From: Promethearchaeota archaeon
GTDB lineage: Archaea; Asgardarchaeota; Thorarchaeia; Thorarchaeales; Thorarchaeaceae
Direction: 5' to 3'
Assembly (NCBI GenBank): GCA_014728035.1
Contig: WJMJ01000125.1
Coordinates: forward strand, 1-30,738
Length of the DNA: 30,738 nt
Of this stretch, positions 1 through 9,107 are shown in pieces (positions within the stretch are counted from its first letter, which is position 1; the number at the start of each line of letters is the position of its first letter). The notes beneath the pieces were generated by a model. That model did no database searches. It had not been told where the DNA came from and worked only from the letters and a program-made list of their open reading frames with translations. A program made the translations under genes and the position numbers.

Positions 1-14
1 AGGAGTTTATATGG

Positions 15-147
15 AGTGATCTGGAATAGAGATTTGGTCTAAAGACACAGGATCCCTGACCAGGACCGAGCCAGTTCCAGTACCGTTTCTGGACGGACAA
101 AGCTCGGGTGTCTAAGTTTGTCCAACTAAAAATGAACGGTAATCACT
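15..147 (+). ncRNA. Candidate structured RNA (three-way junction), family unknown
   Basis: Contiguous helices 15-20/142-147, 21-26/75-80 and 81-87/135-141; inner stems 35-39/58-62 and 95-101/117-123. G-U extensions favour the + strand. No Rfam family recognised. Confidence 0.45.
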
Positions 148-149
148 TG

Positions 150-260
150 CTATTTCTTTATTTTTTCAGGATGCTGTTCCATTGCATGCTTCTTCATCTC
201 TTCTTTTGAAGAGAAGGTAGCATCACAAAACTTACACTCGAGTGGTTTCTTATCAGTCAT
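150..260 (-). CDS. 36-aa single C2H2 zinc-finger microprotein (not in ORF track)
   Basis: Translated by hand: MTDKKPLECKFCDATFSSKEEMKKHAMEQHPEKIKK*. C-x2-C-x3-F-x8-H-x4-H spacing; GTGAT RBS-like sequence just upstream. Confidence 0.8.
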   Translation of the reverse strand: MTDKKPLECKFCDATFSSKEEMKKHAMEQHPEKIKK

Positions 261-364
261 AGTATCACAATTAAATATAGTTAATTGTGCTATATTAAAG
301 GTGTGGTAAAGTAGTAGGCGACATATCCATTAGGAGTTACGTAATTACAAGAACGAAGAAAATA

Positions 365-1957
365 TTGGGAGACCATTACGTGGCACGTCGGTATAAAGAA
401 TTGCTTGATTGTCCTGCTGATAACCAATGGTTCAAGAGAATTCAAAGAGCTCTCGCATTTCTGATATGGCGTTTTGTACATATCAAGAAATATACAAAGA
501 TCTACGTTTTGGAAAAATCAGGTAGGGATGATGAGGGGGCAGAAATCAAAAGAAGTCTACTTGAAAAGAACCCGATATTTCTAGGTGATATGACCCATAT
601 TCAGACACTGGTATTAGAGTTTATGTACATACCAGATTATCCTACAGTGAATTATGCTACTAACCTTATGATACAATATGGTAATACTCCAGGACTAGAA
701 CATTTCCAAGCATTGGGATATTTATTCAAAGGAATAGTTCAATATCGAACTGGTGACTATGAGAAATCAATTGCAAATATCAAAAAAGCACTGCAATTAT
801 CGTGTGAAAACAGAGATCTACAAGCAGTAGTTAGGTCAATGTTCTCCTTAGCTCAGATACACTATAGTCAAAACGAGATGGCAAAAGCTGTTGTTCTCTT
901 TAAGAAGTGTATTGAAAGAAACAAAAGTCTAGGAAATTTCAACAAGTTATTGGCAACGTATTCTGAATTGAGTGCAGCTTACCTTGCTCTAGGAAAATAC
1001 AAATCCGCTAGGAAGCTGATTGAATTTTGTCTTCAACATGAAAAAAGACTCGACCAAGACAATATCGCGTTTCTTTACTATGATCTTTCAGAATTACAAA
1101 TGATGACTGGAAATCTTGTTGATGCAAGAAGTGCATTAGAAAGGTGTGCTTCAGCTGCAAAACGAGCTGGAAATACAGTTATGCAATATGCGGCAATGTC
1201 ATTACAGTCAAGACTTGAAGAATTCTCTGGTAACCTTTCAAAAGCAATTGAACTACTTAGAAAGAGCATCGATTTGCAAAAAGAACTAGGGACAACCGAA
1301 GTATTGATCGATAACATGTGTCAACTTGTTCATCTTTATATCCTACAAAACGACTTGAATCGAGCTTCAGACACCCTACTGGCAATTGAGCTAAATCCCA
1401 ACATCAGCTCGATTGAAGAGTTTGAAGCTCAACAGAAATATTATCGCGCAGAACTTGCTCAATCTCAAGATAAACATGAAGAAGCTTTGGAAATCTTGGA
1501 TGAAGTTGAAGAGATTTTTCAGGATTTGGATGATACTCTCATGCTCACTTTGATTCAACTCACAAGAGTTGAAAGCTTTGTTGCTCTAAAAAGAATAGAC
1601 GAAGCTGATGAGAAGATTTCTGAAATTATCAAGAATGCTATTGAAAATGGTGCAAAAGTTTCTGAAATTCGTGGACGAATAATTCAATCCGCTCTGTATC
1701 TTCGGAATCATGATTTAAGAAAAGCTAGGAGCTCATCTGAATTAGCAATCAAAGCGGCAAGAACTGCTGGATATGAAACCTTTGCAGAAGATGCTCATGA
1801 TATAATGACCAGAATTGGCAATCTGGAAAGTGCATTGTCCCACTATGATGAAGTCGACCGTATCCAAGAGGATACTAAAAAAGACGAAATCTCTCTTGAT
1901 GACATCAAAGCGTATATTGCTCGTGCAAAATCGATAGCTTCTGCAGTTGATTCATAG
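365..1957 (+). CDS. Tetratricopeptide-repeat (TPR, MalT-like) protein
   Basis: Repeated helical units such as KGIVQYRTGDYEKSIANIKKAL, LAQIHYSQNEMAKAVVLFKKCI and LSAAYLALGKYKSARKLIE. TTG start uncertain. Confidence 0.8.
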   Translation: MGDHYVARRYKELLDCPADNQWFKRIQRALAFLIWRFVHIKKYTKIYVLEKSGRDDEGAEIKRSLLEKNPIFLGDMTHIQTLVLEFMYIPDYPTVNYATNLMIQYGNTPGLEHFQALGYLFKGIVQYRTGDYEKSIANIKKALQLSCENRDLQAVVRSMFSLAQIHYSQNEMAKAVVLFKKCIERNKSLGNFNKLLATYSELSAAYLALGKYKSARKLIEFCLQHEKRLDQDNIAFLYYDLSELQMMTGNLVDARSALERCASAAKRAGNTVMQYAAMSLQSRLEEFSGNLSKAIELLRKSIDLQKELGTTEVLIDNMCQLVHLYILQNDLNRASDTLLAIELNPNISSIEEFEAQQKYYRAELAQSQDKHEEALEILDEVEEIFQDLDDTLMLTLIQLTRVESFVALKRIDEADEKISEIIKNAIENGAKVSEIRGRIIQSALYLRNHDLRKARSSSELAIKAARTAGYETFAEDAHDIMTRIGNLESALSHYDEVDRIQEDTKKDEISLDDIKAYIARAKSIASAVDS

Positions 1958-2048
1958 ATTTTGGTTAGTAATGTAGTATTAATGATTATTTGACCATTGG
2001 GAAATGCTTTTCATTAATGCATGTTACACTATACGGAAGTGATATTGT

Positions 2049-3794
2049 ATGTTCTTGTCTAGGTCAGATGTATACCCTTTAGATCAAATGATTGATGTCG
2101 CAGCAGGAAGAACTAGAGCTGACACAGTTCTGAAAAATGCAACAGTTGTAAATGTGTTCACAGGAGAATTGATTGAAGGAAATCTTGCAATCCATGCGGG
2201 ATATATTGCAGGTATAGGTGATTATGTTGGAAAGAAAGTAATTGATGTGAAAGGCAAATATGTCACTGCATCATTTATTGATGGACACGTTCATGTTGAA
2301 AGTTCTATGGTAATGCCAGTTCAATACGCACGAGCTGTCGTTCCGCATGGAACTGGTTCAGTTGTAGCAGATCCGCATGAGATAGCAAACGTTCTTGGTA
2401 TCGAAGGAATCCTCTACATGTCGAAGAGCATGCGTGGAGGACCTCTGGACTTTTACATTATGATACCTTCATGTGTCCCAGCTACAGACCTAGAAACAAA
2501 TGGAGTCGCTTTAGATTTTCTAGATATCAAACCACTGATGACTGAACATTATGTGCTAGGTCTTGCAGAAGCAATGAACTATCCAGGTGTCGTCTATCGA
2601 GATCCTGCAATATTAGAAAAGATACGAATTGCACTTGAACAAAATAAACGGATAGATGGTCATGCACCAGGTCTTTCAGGACAAGAACTTAATGCCTATG
2701 TTGCAGCAAGAATTTCTTCAGAACACGAATGCACTACACTAGAAGAAGCGAAAGAGAAATTATCTGTGGGGATGCATATTCATATTCGTGAGGGTTCAAC
2801 AGCAAAAGATTTGGAAGCTCTAGCGGGACTCATTGGGCCCCACACAGCTCCTTATTGTAGTTTTGTGACTGACGATAGAAATACTCTCGATCTTATCAAG
2901 AAAGGACATATTGACAGTATGGTTCGACAAGCTATTGAGTATGGAGTTGATCCAGTTCTTGCAATAAAAGTTGCAACTCTATCAACAGCAGAACATTATA
3001 ACATGCAGTATCGTGGAGCAATAATCCCAGGATATGTAGCCGACGTAGTAGTCTTGGACTCGTTAGAGAAAGTAAATGTTGAGATGGTATTCAAGCAAGG
3101 AGAATTGGTAGCGAAAAAAGGAAAATTGCTGTTTGAATGGGGCGAACAAGAACTACCAAGATTGAGAAGGTCAGTTAATATCAATTGGCTCGAACCTAAT
3201 GATTTCGAGATTCAAGCTCGAGGAAGTCATATGAATGTCATTGGGGTACGACCAAATCAACTAATTACAGATCATCTAATAGAAGAAGTAAAGAAAAGAG
3301 ATGGACTTGCAGTACCTGACCTTGACAGAGACTTGGTGAAGATTGCAGTTATTGAACGACACAATGCCACAGAACCCCACTCAATTGGGTTTGTAAAAGG
3401 AACTGGACTGAAAGAGGGTGCAATGGTGTCATCGATTGCTCATGATAGTCATAATATCGTCGCAATTGCAACAAATGACCGAGACCTCATTGAAGCTGCT
3501 ATTCAAATTGTAAGAATGCAAGGTGGGATTGCTATTGCAAACAAAGGCAAAATCAAAGCCTCATTGCCACTGCCAATTGCAGGACTTATGTCAGACCAGC
3601 CAATAGAAATCGTGAGTAAACAGATTGAGAAACTCAAGACGGAAGCAGCAAAATTAGGAACAGTATTGGATGAGCCATTTATGGCCATGTCATTCTTATC
3701 CCTACCAGTGATTCCCAAACTAAAGATAACTGATCTTGGACTAGTAGATGTTGAAAAATTCCAATTAGTTGACCTTTTCGAAGTAGAAAAATAA
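2049..3794 (+). CDS. ade: Adenine deaminase (AdeC type)
   Basis: FIDGHVHVESS, DPHEIANVLG, LAEAMNYPGV, DGHAPGL, IREGS, VTDD, AHDSHNI and FLSLPVIPKLKITDLGL motifs; 581 aa. Confidence 0.95.
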   Translation: MFLSRSDVYPLDQMIDVAAGRTRADTVLKNATVVNVFTGELIEGNLAIHAGYIAGIGDYVGKKVIDVKGKYVTASFIDGHVHVESSMVMPVQYARAVVPHGTGSVVADPHEIANVLGIEGILYMSKSMRGGPLDFYIMIPSCVPATDLETNGVALDFLDIKPLMTEHYVLGLAEAMNYPGVVYRDPAILEKIRIALEQNKRIDGHAPGLSGQELNAYVAARISSEHECTTLEEAKEKLSVGMHIHIREGSTAKDLEALAGLIGPHTAPYCSFVTDDRNTLDLIKKGHIDSMVRQAIEYGVDPVLAIKVATLSTAEHYNMQYRGAIIPGYVADVVVLDSLEKVNVEMVFKQGELVAKKGKLLFEWGEQELPRLRRSVNINWLEPNDFEIQARGSHMNVIGVRPNQLITDHLIEEVKKRDGLAVPDLDRDLVKIAVIERHNATEPHSIGFVKGTGLKEGAMVSSIAHDSHNIVAIATNDRDLIEAAIQIVRMQGGIAIANKGKIKASLPLPIAGLMSDQPIEIVSKQIEKLKTEAAKLGTVLDEPFMAMSFLSLPVIPKLKITDLGLVDVEKFQLVDLFEVEK

Positions 3795-3835
3795 GATGAT
3801 AGGGGACTTGGAATTATCCCTTTCCCCTTCCTTCA

Positions 3836-4657
3836 TCATTTTAGACCAAGCTTTTGTTTTGCGTATTCAATCTGGTTCCTTTTCTTTAATCCGTTGTAAA
3901 TTGCACCTAATGAACCAAGGAATACCATTAGAACTGCAACTGAAAAAGCTGCAAATAATCCCCAAGGATATAATGGATTAGGAAAGCTCAATAGGTTGAA
4001 GAAGATTCCTCGGAAGACCAAGAACACAGATTCTACAATTAGAATGAATGCCAACAATAATCCTGCACCCAACTGACGTTCATGGATATAGACTTGTAAT
4101 GCAGTCTGTAGTAGTATCGCAGATAGTAGGTTACCTAGAATGCTAAGAATCACTACAAGGTCACCACGCAGAAAGAAAAAGGGCAGAAATGGTGGATCAT
4201 TAAGACCCCATGTTGTAAAATATTGGATATACAGAATAGAAATGACGAAAAACAATTCAAAGATCATCATGAGTAACGCACCCAAACCCGTCACTCTGAA
4301 TATTATGTTGTCAGAACTATCAGCCCAATCCATATCAGTGAGTCGTTGGTATTCCCGATTAAGGGGTTTTGCCCATCTGCTTTCTGATACACACCGAAAC
4401 TTTTCGCAATTTACAATTGTAAATAACTTGCCTCCGTAATCACCTACACGATATTGTAAGCATTCTTCACATAGAAGGTCTCCACAGACATGGCACACAC
4501 CTTTTGCAAGTGTTCCTGGATGATTGACACAATCTCGGCTTTGACTTGGACCAAGAACTGGACTACCACAGTATTCGCAATTATTGACTTTGTCATCATT
4601 CCATCTCTCCATGCGAGCTCCACAAAGTGGGCATAATACTTGTCCTTTAGCCATCAT
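3836..4657 (-). CDS. Zinc-ribbon + B-box-type zinc finger membrane protein (about 4 C-terminal TM helices)
   Basis: CPLC..CEYC ribbon, then CVNH..CHVC..CEEC..C..C, then hydrophobic helices. Confidence 0.75.
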   Translation of the reverse strand: MMAKGQVLCPLCGARMERWNDDKVNNCEYCGSPVLGPSQSRDCVNHPGTLAKGVCHVCGDLLCEECLQYRVGDYGGKLFTIVNCEKFRCVSESRWAKPLNREYQRLTDMDWADSSDNIIFRVTGLGALLMMIFELFFVISILYIQYFTTWGLNDPPFLPFFFLRGDLVVILSILGNLLSAILLQTALQVYIHERQLGAGLLLAFILIVESVFLVFRGIFFNLLSFPNPLYPWGLFAAFSVAVLMVFLGSLGAIYNGLKKRNQIEYAKQKLGLK

Positions 4658-6093
4658 TAAAACCTCTTTACATAACCACCAGATTTTCTTTTGGTATCCT
4701 TTTCAGAACTTATTTGCCATGGTCGAGTGACTTCTCTAGCTGGAGATGATGGAGTGACTTCGGGAGCTCTGCCTTCCTTGAGACCCTGATCTCTTGCTTC
4801 TTCAAGAGAAACGAAATCAGTTCTCCTTAGAATTCTAACGGCTTCTATTGCAACGCCGATAAGTCCAGCATAGAAGATAATTGGTACGATGACAATTGCA
4901 CCTAGTAGAAGTATTAGGCCGATTGCGATGGGAATTGCTACAATAATGATCATGAGAATTAGCAGAAATGCTGCAGCATCGTCACTTTTCTTGCCACCCT
5001 TTGATTTTGCCATTTTTCCTGCAATACGGATTCCAAATAGCATCACATCCTTCATAATCTTACCATAAGCACCCAAGAAGCGTTTGTATATACTTCCCAC
5101 CTTGGAAAATCTTCCCCCAGCTTCAGAGAATAATTGGTCGATTGGAATAACGAGTGAAGTTGTTGTGACAGCTGGGCGATACCTTCCTTCAAAGCATTTC
5201 TGGCATAAATAAACCAGTGAGCCTTCCCACCGTTCGTCAACAGGTGGCTCTTGAGCTGTTAGACATAAACGACAAAAATGTTCACCACACACTGCACAAC
5301 TTGTTGCAGCAAGATATTCATCATGATTTTCACAAGGAACAAATACTCCACCGATTGCAAGACTGACACCACAATATTCACAGTCAATAGTATTGTCATC
5401 TTTTGCTTCTGTCAAAGGTGTTGCTCCGCCACAATTCGAACATAGAATAGCCATTCCTTTATCTGTACTAACTCGTCTGACCTTCATAATCTCTTTAACT
5501 TCTTCAGGAGAAAGTGTTGAGGTTCCATCAGCTGAGAGCATTCCCCCCTCAAGGGGTGTAATCGAAGTATGTTCTTCTATCTTCTTAGCTACTTCTCGGT
5601 CTCTAACAACTTCCACATCAGCAGGAGGTGCAACTTGGTTGAACTTTGCAATAAGATATATTACAAAAACACTTTGAATTCCAACCACAAAGACTGCAAT
5701 ATTACTGATGGCCACCTGAATTGATGTTTCAAAGACTGGAAAAGTCCAAAAATAGAACAAGCCATACGTGTAAAGGAAAAATCCTGCAAGTGTTATGGCT
5801 GCCAGACTATAAATTATTTGAGCTATGACCGCCCATCTTCTCAGGTCGTCAACATAGTTCCCTATTAGAAGACAAGGAATGACAACACCCAAGATTATTA
5901 GAGCCAGATATATGGGACCCATAACCATTAAGCTTGGATTAACTAGCATAGCAAGAGCTAACCCAATCGCAGATATCAAACCTAAACTTCCAAAAACCAT
6001 TTGAGTGATACCAATGAATCTAAGCATTCCTGGACGATCAAAGATGGTTAAAAGTTGACCTTCTTCCATTTGAGCAAATTCCCCTTCATTCAA
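4657..6093 (-). CDS. Multi-pass membrane protein with zinc ribbon and B-box-type finger
   Basis: About 4 N-terminal TM helices, CSNC..CEYC, CENH..CAVC..CRLC..CQKC and a long C-terminal hydrophobic segment. Its stop overlaps the next start (TAATG). ATG at 6069 may be the true start. Confidence 0.75.
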   Translation of the reverse strand: MNEGEFAQMEEGQLLTIFDRPGMLRFIGITQMVFGSLGLISAIGLALAMLVNPSLMVMGPIYLALIILGVVIPCLLIGNYVDDLRRWAVIAQIIYSLAAITLAGFFLYTYGLFYFWTFPVFETSIQVAISNIAVFVVGIQSVFVIYLIAKFNQVAPPADVEVVRDREVAKKIEEHTSITPLEGGMLSADGTSTLSPEEVKEIMKVRRVSTDKGMAILCSNCGGATPLTEAKDDNTIDCEYCGVSLAIGGVFVPCENHDEYLAATSCAVCGEHFCRLCLTAQEPPVDERWEGSLVYLCQKCFEGRYRPAVTTTSLVIPIDQLFSEAGGRFSKVGSIYKRFLGAYGKIMKDVMLFGIRIAGKMAKSKGGKKSDDAAAFLLILMIIIVAIPIAIGLILLLGAIVIVPIIFYAGLIGVAIEAVRILRRTDFVSLEEARDQGLKEGRAPEVTPSSPAREVTRPWQISSEKDTKRKSGGYVKRF

Positions 6094-6215
6094 TATTGAG
6101 GTTTACATGAAAGTATTTGACTTTTATCACAGATAGTTGTTGGGTCCAATAATTTCAAAAAGCCTACGTGTACCACAAAAACATAATTATGTTCAAAGTA
6201 GGTTGAAAACTAACC

Positions 6216-6371
6216 ATGACTGAAATTCCAATGCCCCAAGAAATCTCAGATGATAAAGACGAAGAAGATAAGGACTGCTGTGACAGAATATGTGAATGTT
6301 GGTGCCAGATCTGTGGCGTTCTTATCCTTATTGGAGCAACTATTGCAATTATTAGTGCATTCTTTGCATAA
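6216..6371 (+). CDS. 51-aa acidic, Cys-rich, tail-anchored microprotein (not in ORF track)
   Basis: Translated by hand: MTEIPMPQEISDDKDEEDKDCCDRICECWCQICGVLILIGATIAIISAFFA*. ATG start, 6 Cys, C-terminal TM helix, same strand as the downstream operon. Confidence 0.75.
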   Translation: MTEIPMPQEISDDKDEEDKDCCDRICECWCQICGVLILIGATIAIISAFFA

Positions 6372-6444
6372 CACCGCATCCGTTTAACTTAAATTCTCTT
6401 ACAAAAAAGGGATTAGTAGATTCATTCTGGAGAAAAGATAGTCT

Positions 6445-7122
6445 GTGACAGAATCAGAAGAAGACTCAGACACGAGTCATTCAGAAACTAGTTTTTCAGA
6501 AGACGACGGTGGAAGAATAAGTCAAATAATGAGGGCACTTGAACTCACTGAAGGTGTACAGATTGCACGCAGATATCTTGCAATGAATGCTTTTGACGGG
6601 GCTTTGACAATGCTAGGTCTCATTTTGGGAGGTCTCATATCAATGGCAACAGCTTCACCTGAAGTTGTTTTTGAAGCCACTTTATTAGCTGCTGTTGGAA
6701 CAAGTCTAGCAATGGCAATATCGGGATTCAGTGGCTCATATCTAGCTGAATCAGCTGAACGGGATCGTGAAGTTGAAGAAATGGGAAAGGCAATGTTATG
6801 TGATATGAGTCAATCAATGTATGCAAAAGCAACTCGAACAACTTCGGCAGTAGTAGCTATAGTAGATGGTCTCTCACCTGCTATAGCAGCGATTATTGTG
6901 GTTATCCCATTGATGATAGTACCTTTCGGATTTCTCACATATTACCAAGCATTCTTTGCTGCAATCGCTATCTGCATGTTCCTGCTTTTTGTTCTTGGAC
7001 TCTTCCTCGGTTCCATTTCGGGAAAGAGTATATGGGTCTATGGAGGAAAAACATTACTTGCAGGAATAGTCACTGCAATTCTAATATTCTTCATATCTTT
7101 AGTTACGGGGGCTAGTCACTAA
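6445..7122 (+). CDS. VIT1/CCC1 family metal (Fe/Mn) transporter
   Basis: RRYLAMNAFDGALTMLG and AMAISGFSGSYLAESAER motifs; 5 TM helices. Confidence 0.85.
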   Translation: MTESEEDSDTSHSETSFSEDDGGRISQIMRALELTEGVQIARRYLAMNAFDGALTMLGLILGGLISMATASPEVVFEATLLAAVGTSLAMAISGFSGSYLAESAERDREVEEMGKAMLCDMSQSMYAKATRTTSAVVAIVDGLSPAIAAIIVVIPLMIVPFGFLTYYQAFFAAIAICMFLLFVLGLFLGSISGKSIWVYGGKTLLAGIVTAILIFFISLVTGASH

Positions 7123-8111
7123 TGCTACTAAAAGAAATACCAAGGATTTCATTAGCGAATCTCCCAACACCAATCGAAAAACTGGTTCATCTTGGAGATT
7201 CAATAGGAATAGATAACTTATGGGTCAAAAGAGATGACCTGACAGAAAATGCAGCGGGCGGAAATAAAATCAGAAAATTAGAGTATATAATTGCAGACGC
7301 ATTAGAGCAAGAATGTGATACTGTTATCACAATTGGAGCAATTCAAAGTAACCATTGTCGTCAGACTGCTGCAGCTGCTGCGAAAGCTGGAATCAGATGC
7401 ATTCTTCTTTTAGCTGGAGAAGAACCCGAGTCGGATATAGGCAATTTGCTACTGGATAAAATTCTTGGTGCAGAAGTCAAATTCTATCCTGACGACACAT
7501 TTCACACCCTTCCAAAAAGAATGGATATGGTTATGGAAACACTGCGAGACTTTGGTCTAAATCCGTATGCAATTCCTGCAGGTGGGTCAACCCCTCTCGG
7601 TTGTCTTGGTTATATTTCAGCAATGGAAGAATTGAAAGATCAGATGATTTCCAAAGAAATTGACTTTGATAAAATCATTGTCCCTGTTGGGACAGGAGGG
7701 ACTTATGCAGGGATGATTCTTGGAGCTTATGTCAATGACATTGAAGCTGATATAATCGGAATCAGTGCGCTATATGAAGAAGATGTAGCTGAGCGGCATA
7801 TTACTGATATTATCAATAGAATGAAAACTGAATACCCAGACATCGTGGGAAATGCGAAACCGAAAATCAATATTGATGACCGTTATCTTGGAACCGGTTA
7901 CAAAGACGTTGCCTCTGGTGTAGCAAGTGCAATCGATATGTTTGGAAAAATGGATGCATTACTTCTAGATCCAATTTACACAGGTAGAGCAGGATTAGCT
8001 TTGATGCGGATGGCACTCAATGGTGAGATAGAATCTAAGCACAATATTCTATTCTATCACACAGGAGGAACTGCAACCCTTTCAGCATATGCATCCAAAT
8101 TATGGGATTAA
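7122..8111 (+). CDS. dcyD: D-cysteine desulfhydrase-like PLP enzyme (ACC deaminase/DcyD family)
   Basis: KRDD..GGNKIRKLEY PLP lysine, QSNH, GTGGT. LDPIYTG and HTGG carry the Thr residues typical of DcyD rather than the Glu/Leu of ACC deaminase. Confidence 0.85.
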   Translation: MLLKEIPRISLANLPTPIEKLVHLGDSIGIDNLWVKRDDLTENAAGGNKIRKLEYIIADALEQECDTVITIGAIQSNHCRQTAAAAAKAGIRCILLLAGEEPESDIGNLLLDKILGAEVKFYPDDTFHTLPKRMDMVMETLRDFGLNPYAIPAGGSTPLGCLGYISAMEELKDQMISKEIDFDKIIVPVGTGGTYAGMILGAYVNDIEADIIGISALYEEDVAERHITDIINRMKTEYPDIVGNAKPKINIDDRYLGTGYKDVASGVASAIDMFGKMDALLLDPIYTGRAGLALMRMALNGEIESKHNILFYHTGGTATLSAYASKLWD

Positions 8112-8192
8112 ATCACATTCGGGTTCATCATTTGTCCTAGTAGTTAATATATAGATAGTACACAATCACCGTATAGTCACGGGGGTAATGAA

Positions 8193-9095
8193 GTGGCAGA
8201 AGAAATAGAGTTTGCACAGAAATTTAGTGAACAAATAGAAAAAGCAAAAGAGCAAAAAGTTAGAATTGTGATTAAGGAACAATACAAAGAGGCGTTCGAG
8301 ATTCTTGAAGACTGTGAAAGTGCTGGTCTGATACCAGGAATCATTGGACCTCCGGGTGTTGGAAAGACACTCATTCTTAGAGCTTACGCAGAAAGAAGTG
8401 GTAGAGATTTCGCATGGATTACTGGTGATGAGGGCGTTCGACCTTCTCATCTTGTTGGGTCTTTTAATCCTGCCATAGTTCTTCGAAAAGGATTTTCTTT
8501 GGAGTCATTTGACCCCGGCCCATTATTGAAAAGTATGGTATTTGGCAGAGTATTTGGTCTAAATGAAGGAAATAGATTACCAGAATATGTGCAGAACTCT
8601 CTGCTTGAACCATTCGAAGAACGAACATTGCATGTTCAGAGACTTGGAAGAATTCAAGCGAATGATGACTTTTTCCCTGTATTGACAATGAACCCTGAGG
8701 AGATGGCTGGAGCACATAGACTAAGTGAAGCTCTCCGAGACCGAATACGTGTCTGGATCCGAATTGGATATCCTAGAAAAGAAACCGAGCTTGAAATAGT
8801 TAGAATGAATTGTCCAGAGTATACCATAAGTGATGGTGTAATGGATAAGATATACGACTTGGTTTCATCTACCCGCAGCAGTACAGATATTGAAGTGCCC
8901 GGTTCAATTAGAGCTGGTATATCAATTGCAAGACTAGCAGCACAGATGGCTAAAAGGAAAAATGAAGAGCAGATTTCTCATAGTACTCTTTCAACAGCTG
9001 CAACCTATGTTCTTACAGGTGCCTTGCGCTTTCGTCCAGGAATTGATCCAGAACCTGCAGTTAATGCATTAATTCGTAGAACTCTAGCATCATAA
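8193..9095 (+). CDS. MoxR-family AAA+ ATPase
   Basis: Walker A GPPGVGKT, Walker B-like FGLNEGNR, QNSLLE, TMNP and LSEALRDR. Confidence 0.9.
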   Translation: MAEEIEFAQKFSEQIEKAKEQKVRIVIKEQYKEAFEILEDCESAGLIPGIIGPPGVGKTLILRAYAERSGRDFAWITGDEGVRPSHLVGSFNPAIVLRKGFSLESFDPGPLLKSMVFGRVFGLNEGNRLPEYVQNSLLEPFEERTLHVQRLGRIQANDDFFPVLTMNPEEMAGAHRLSEALRDRIRVWIRIGYPRKETELEIVRMNCPEYTISDGVMDKIYDLVSSTRSSTDIEVPGSIRAGISIARLAAQMAKRKNEEQISHSTLSTAATYVLTGALRFRPGIDPEPAVNALIRRTLAS

Positions 9096-9107
9096 AGAGG
9101 GAGTAAA

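Noticed and set aside
15-147. 5S rRNA, tRNA, hammerhead/HDV ribozyme or IS110 bridge RNA identity for the structured element
   Set aside because: No matching consensus nucleotides and no recombinase visible. Upstream context is outside the window.
6164-6379. 71-aa minus-strand ORF in the track
   Set aside because: Antisense shadow of the more protein-like + strand ORF 6216..6371.
7122-8111. ACC deaminase (acdS) call
   Set aside because: Has YTG and HTGG rather than the YEG and HLGG diagnostic of true ACC deaminases.
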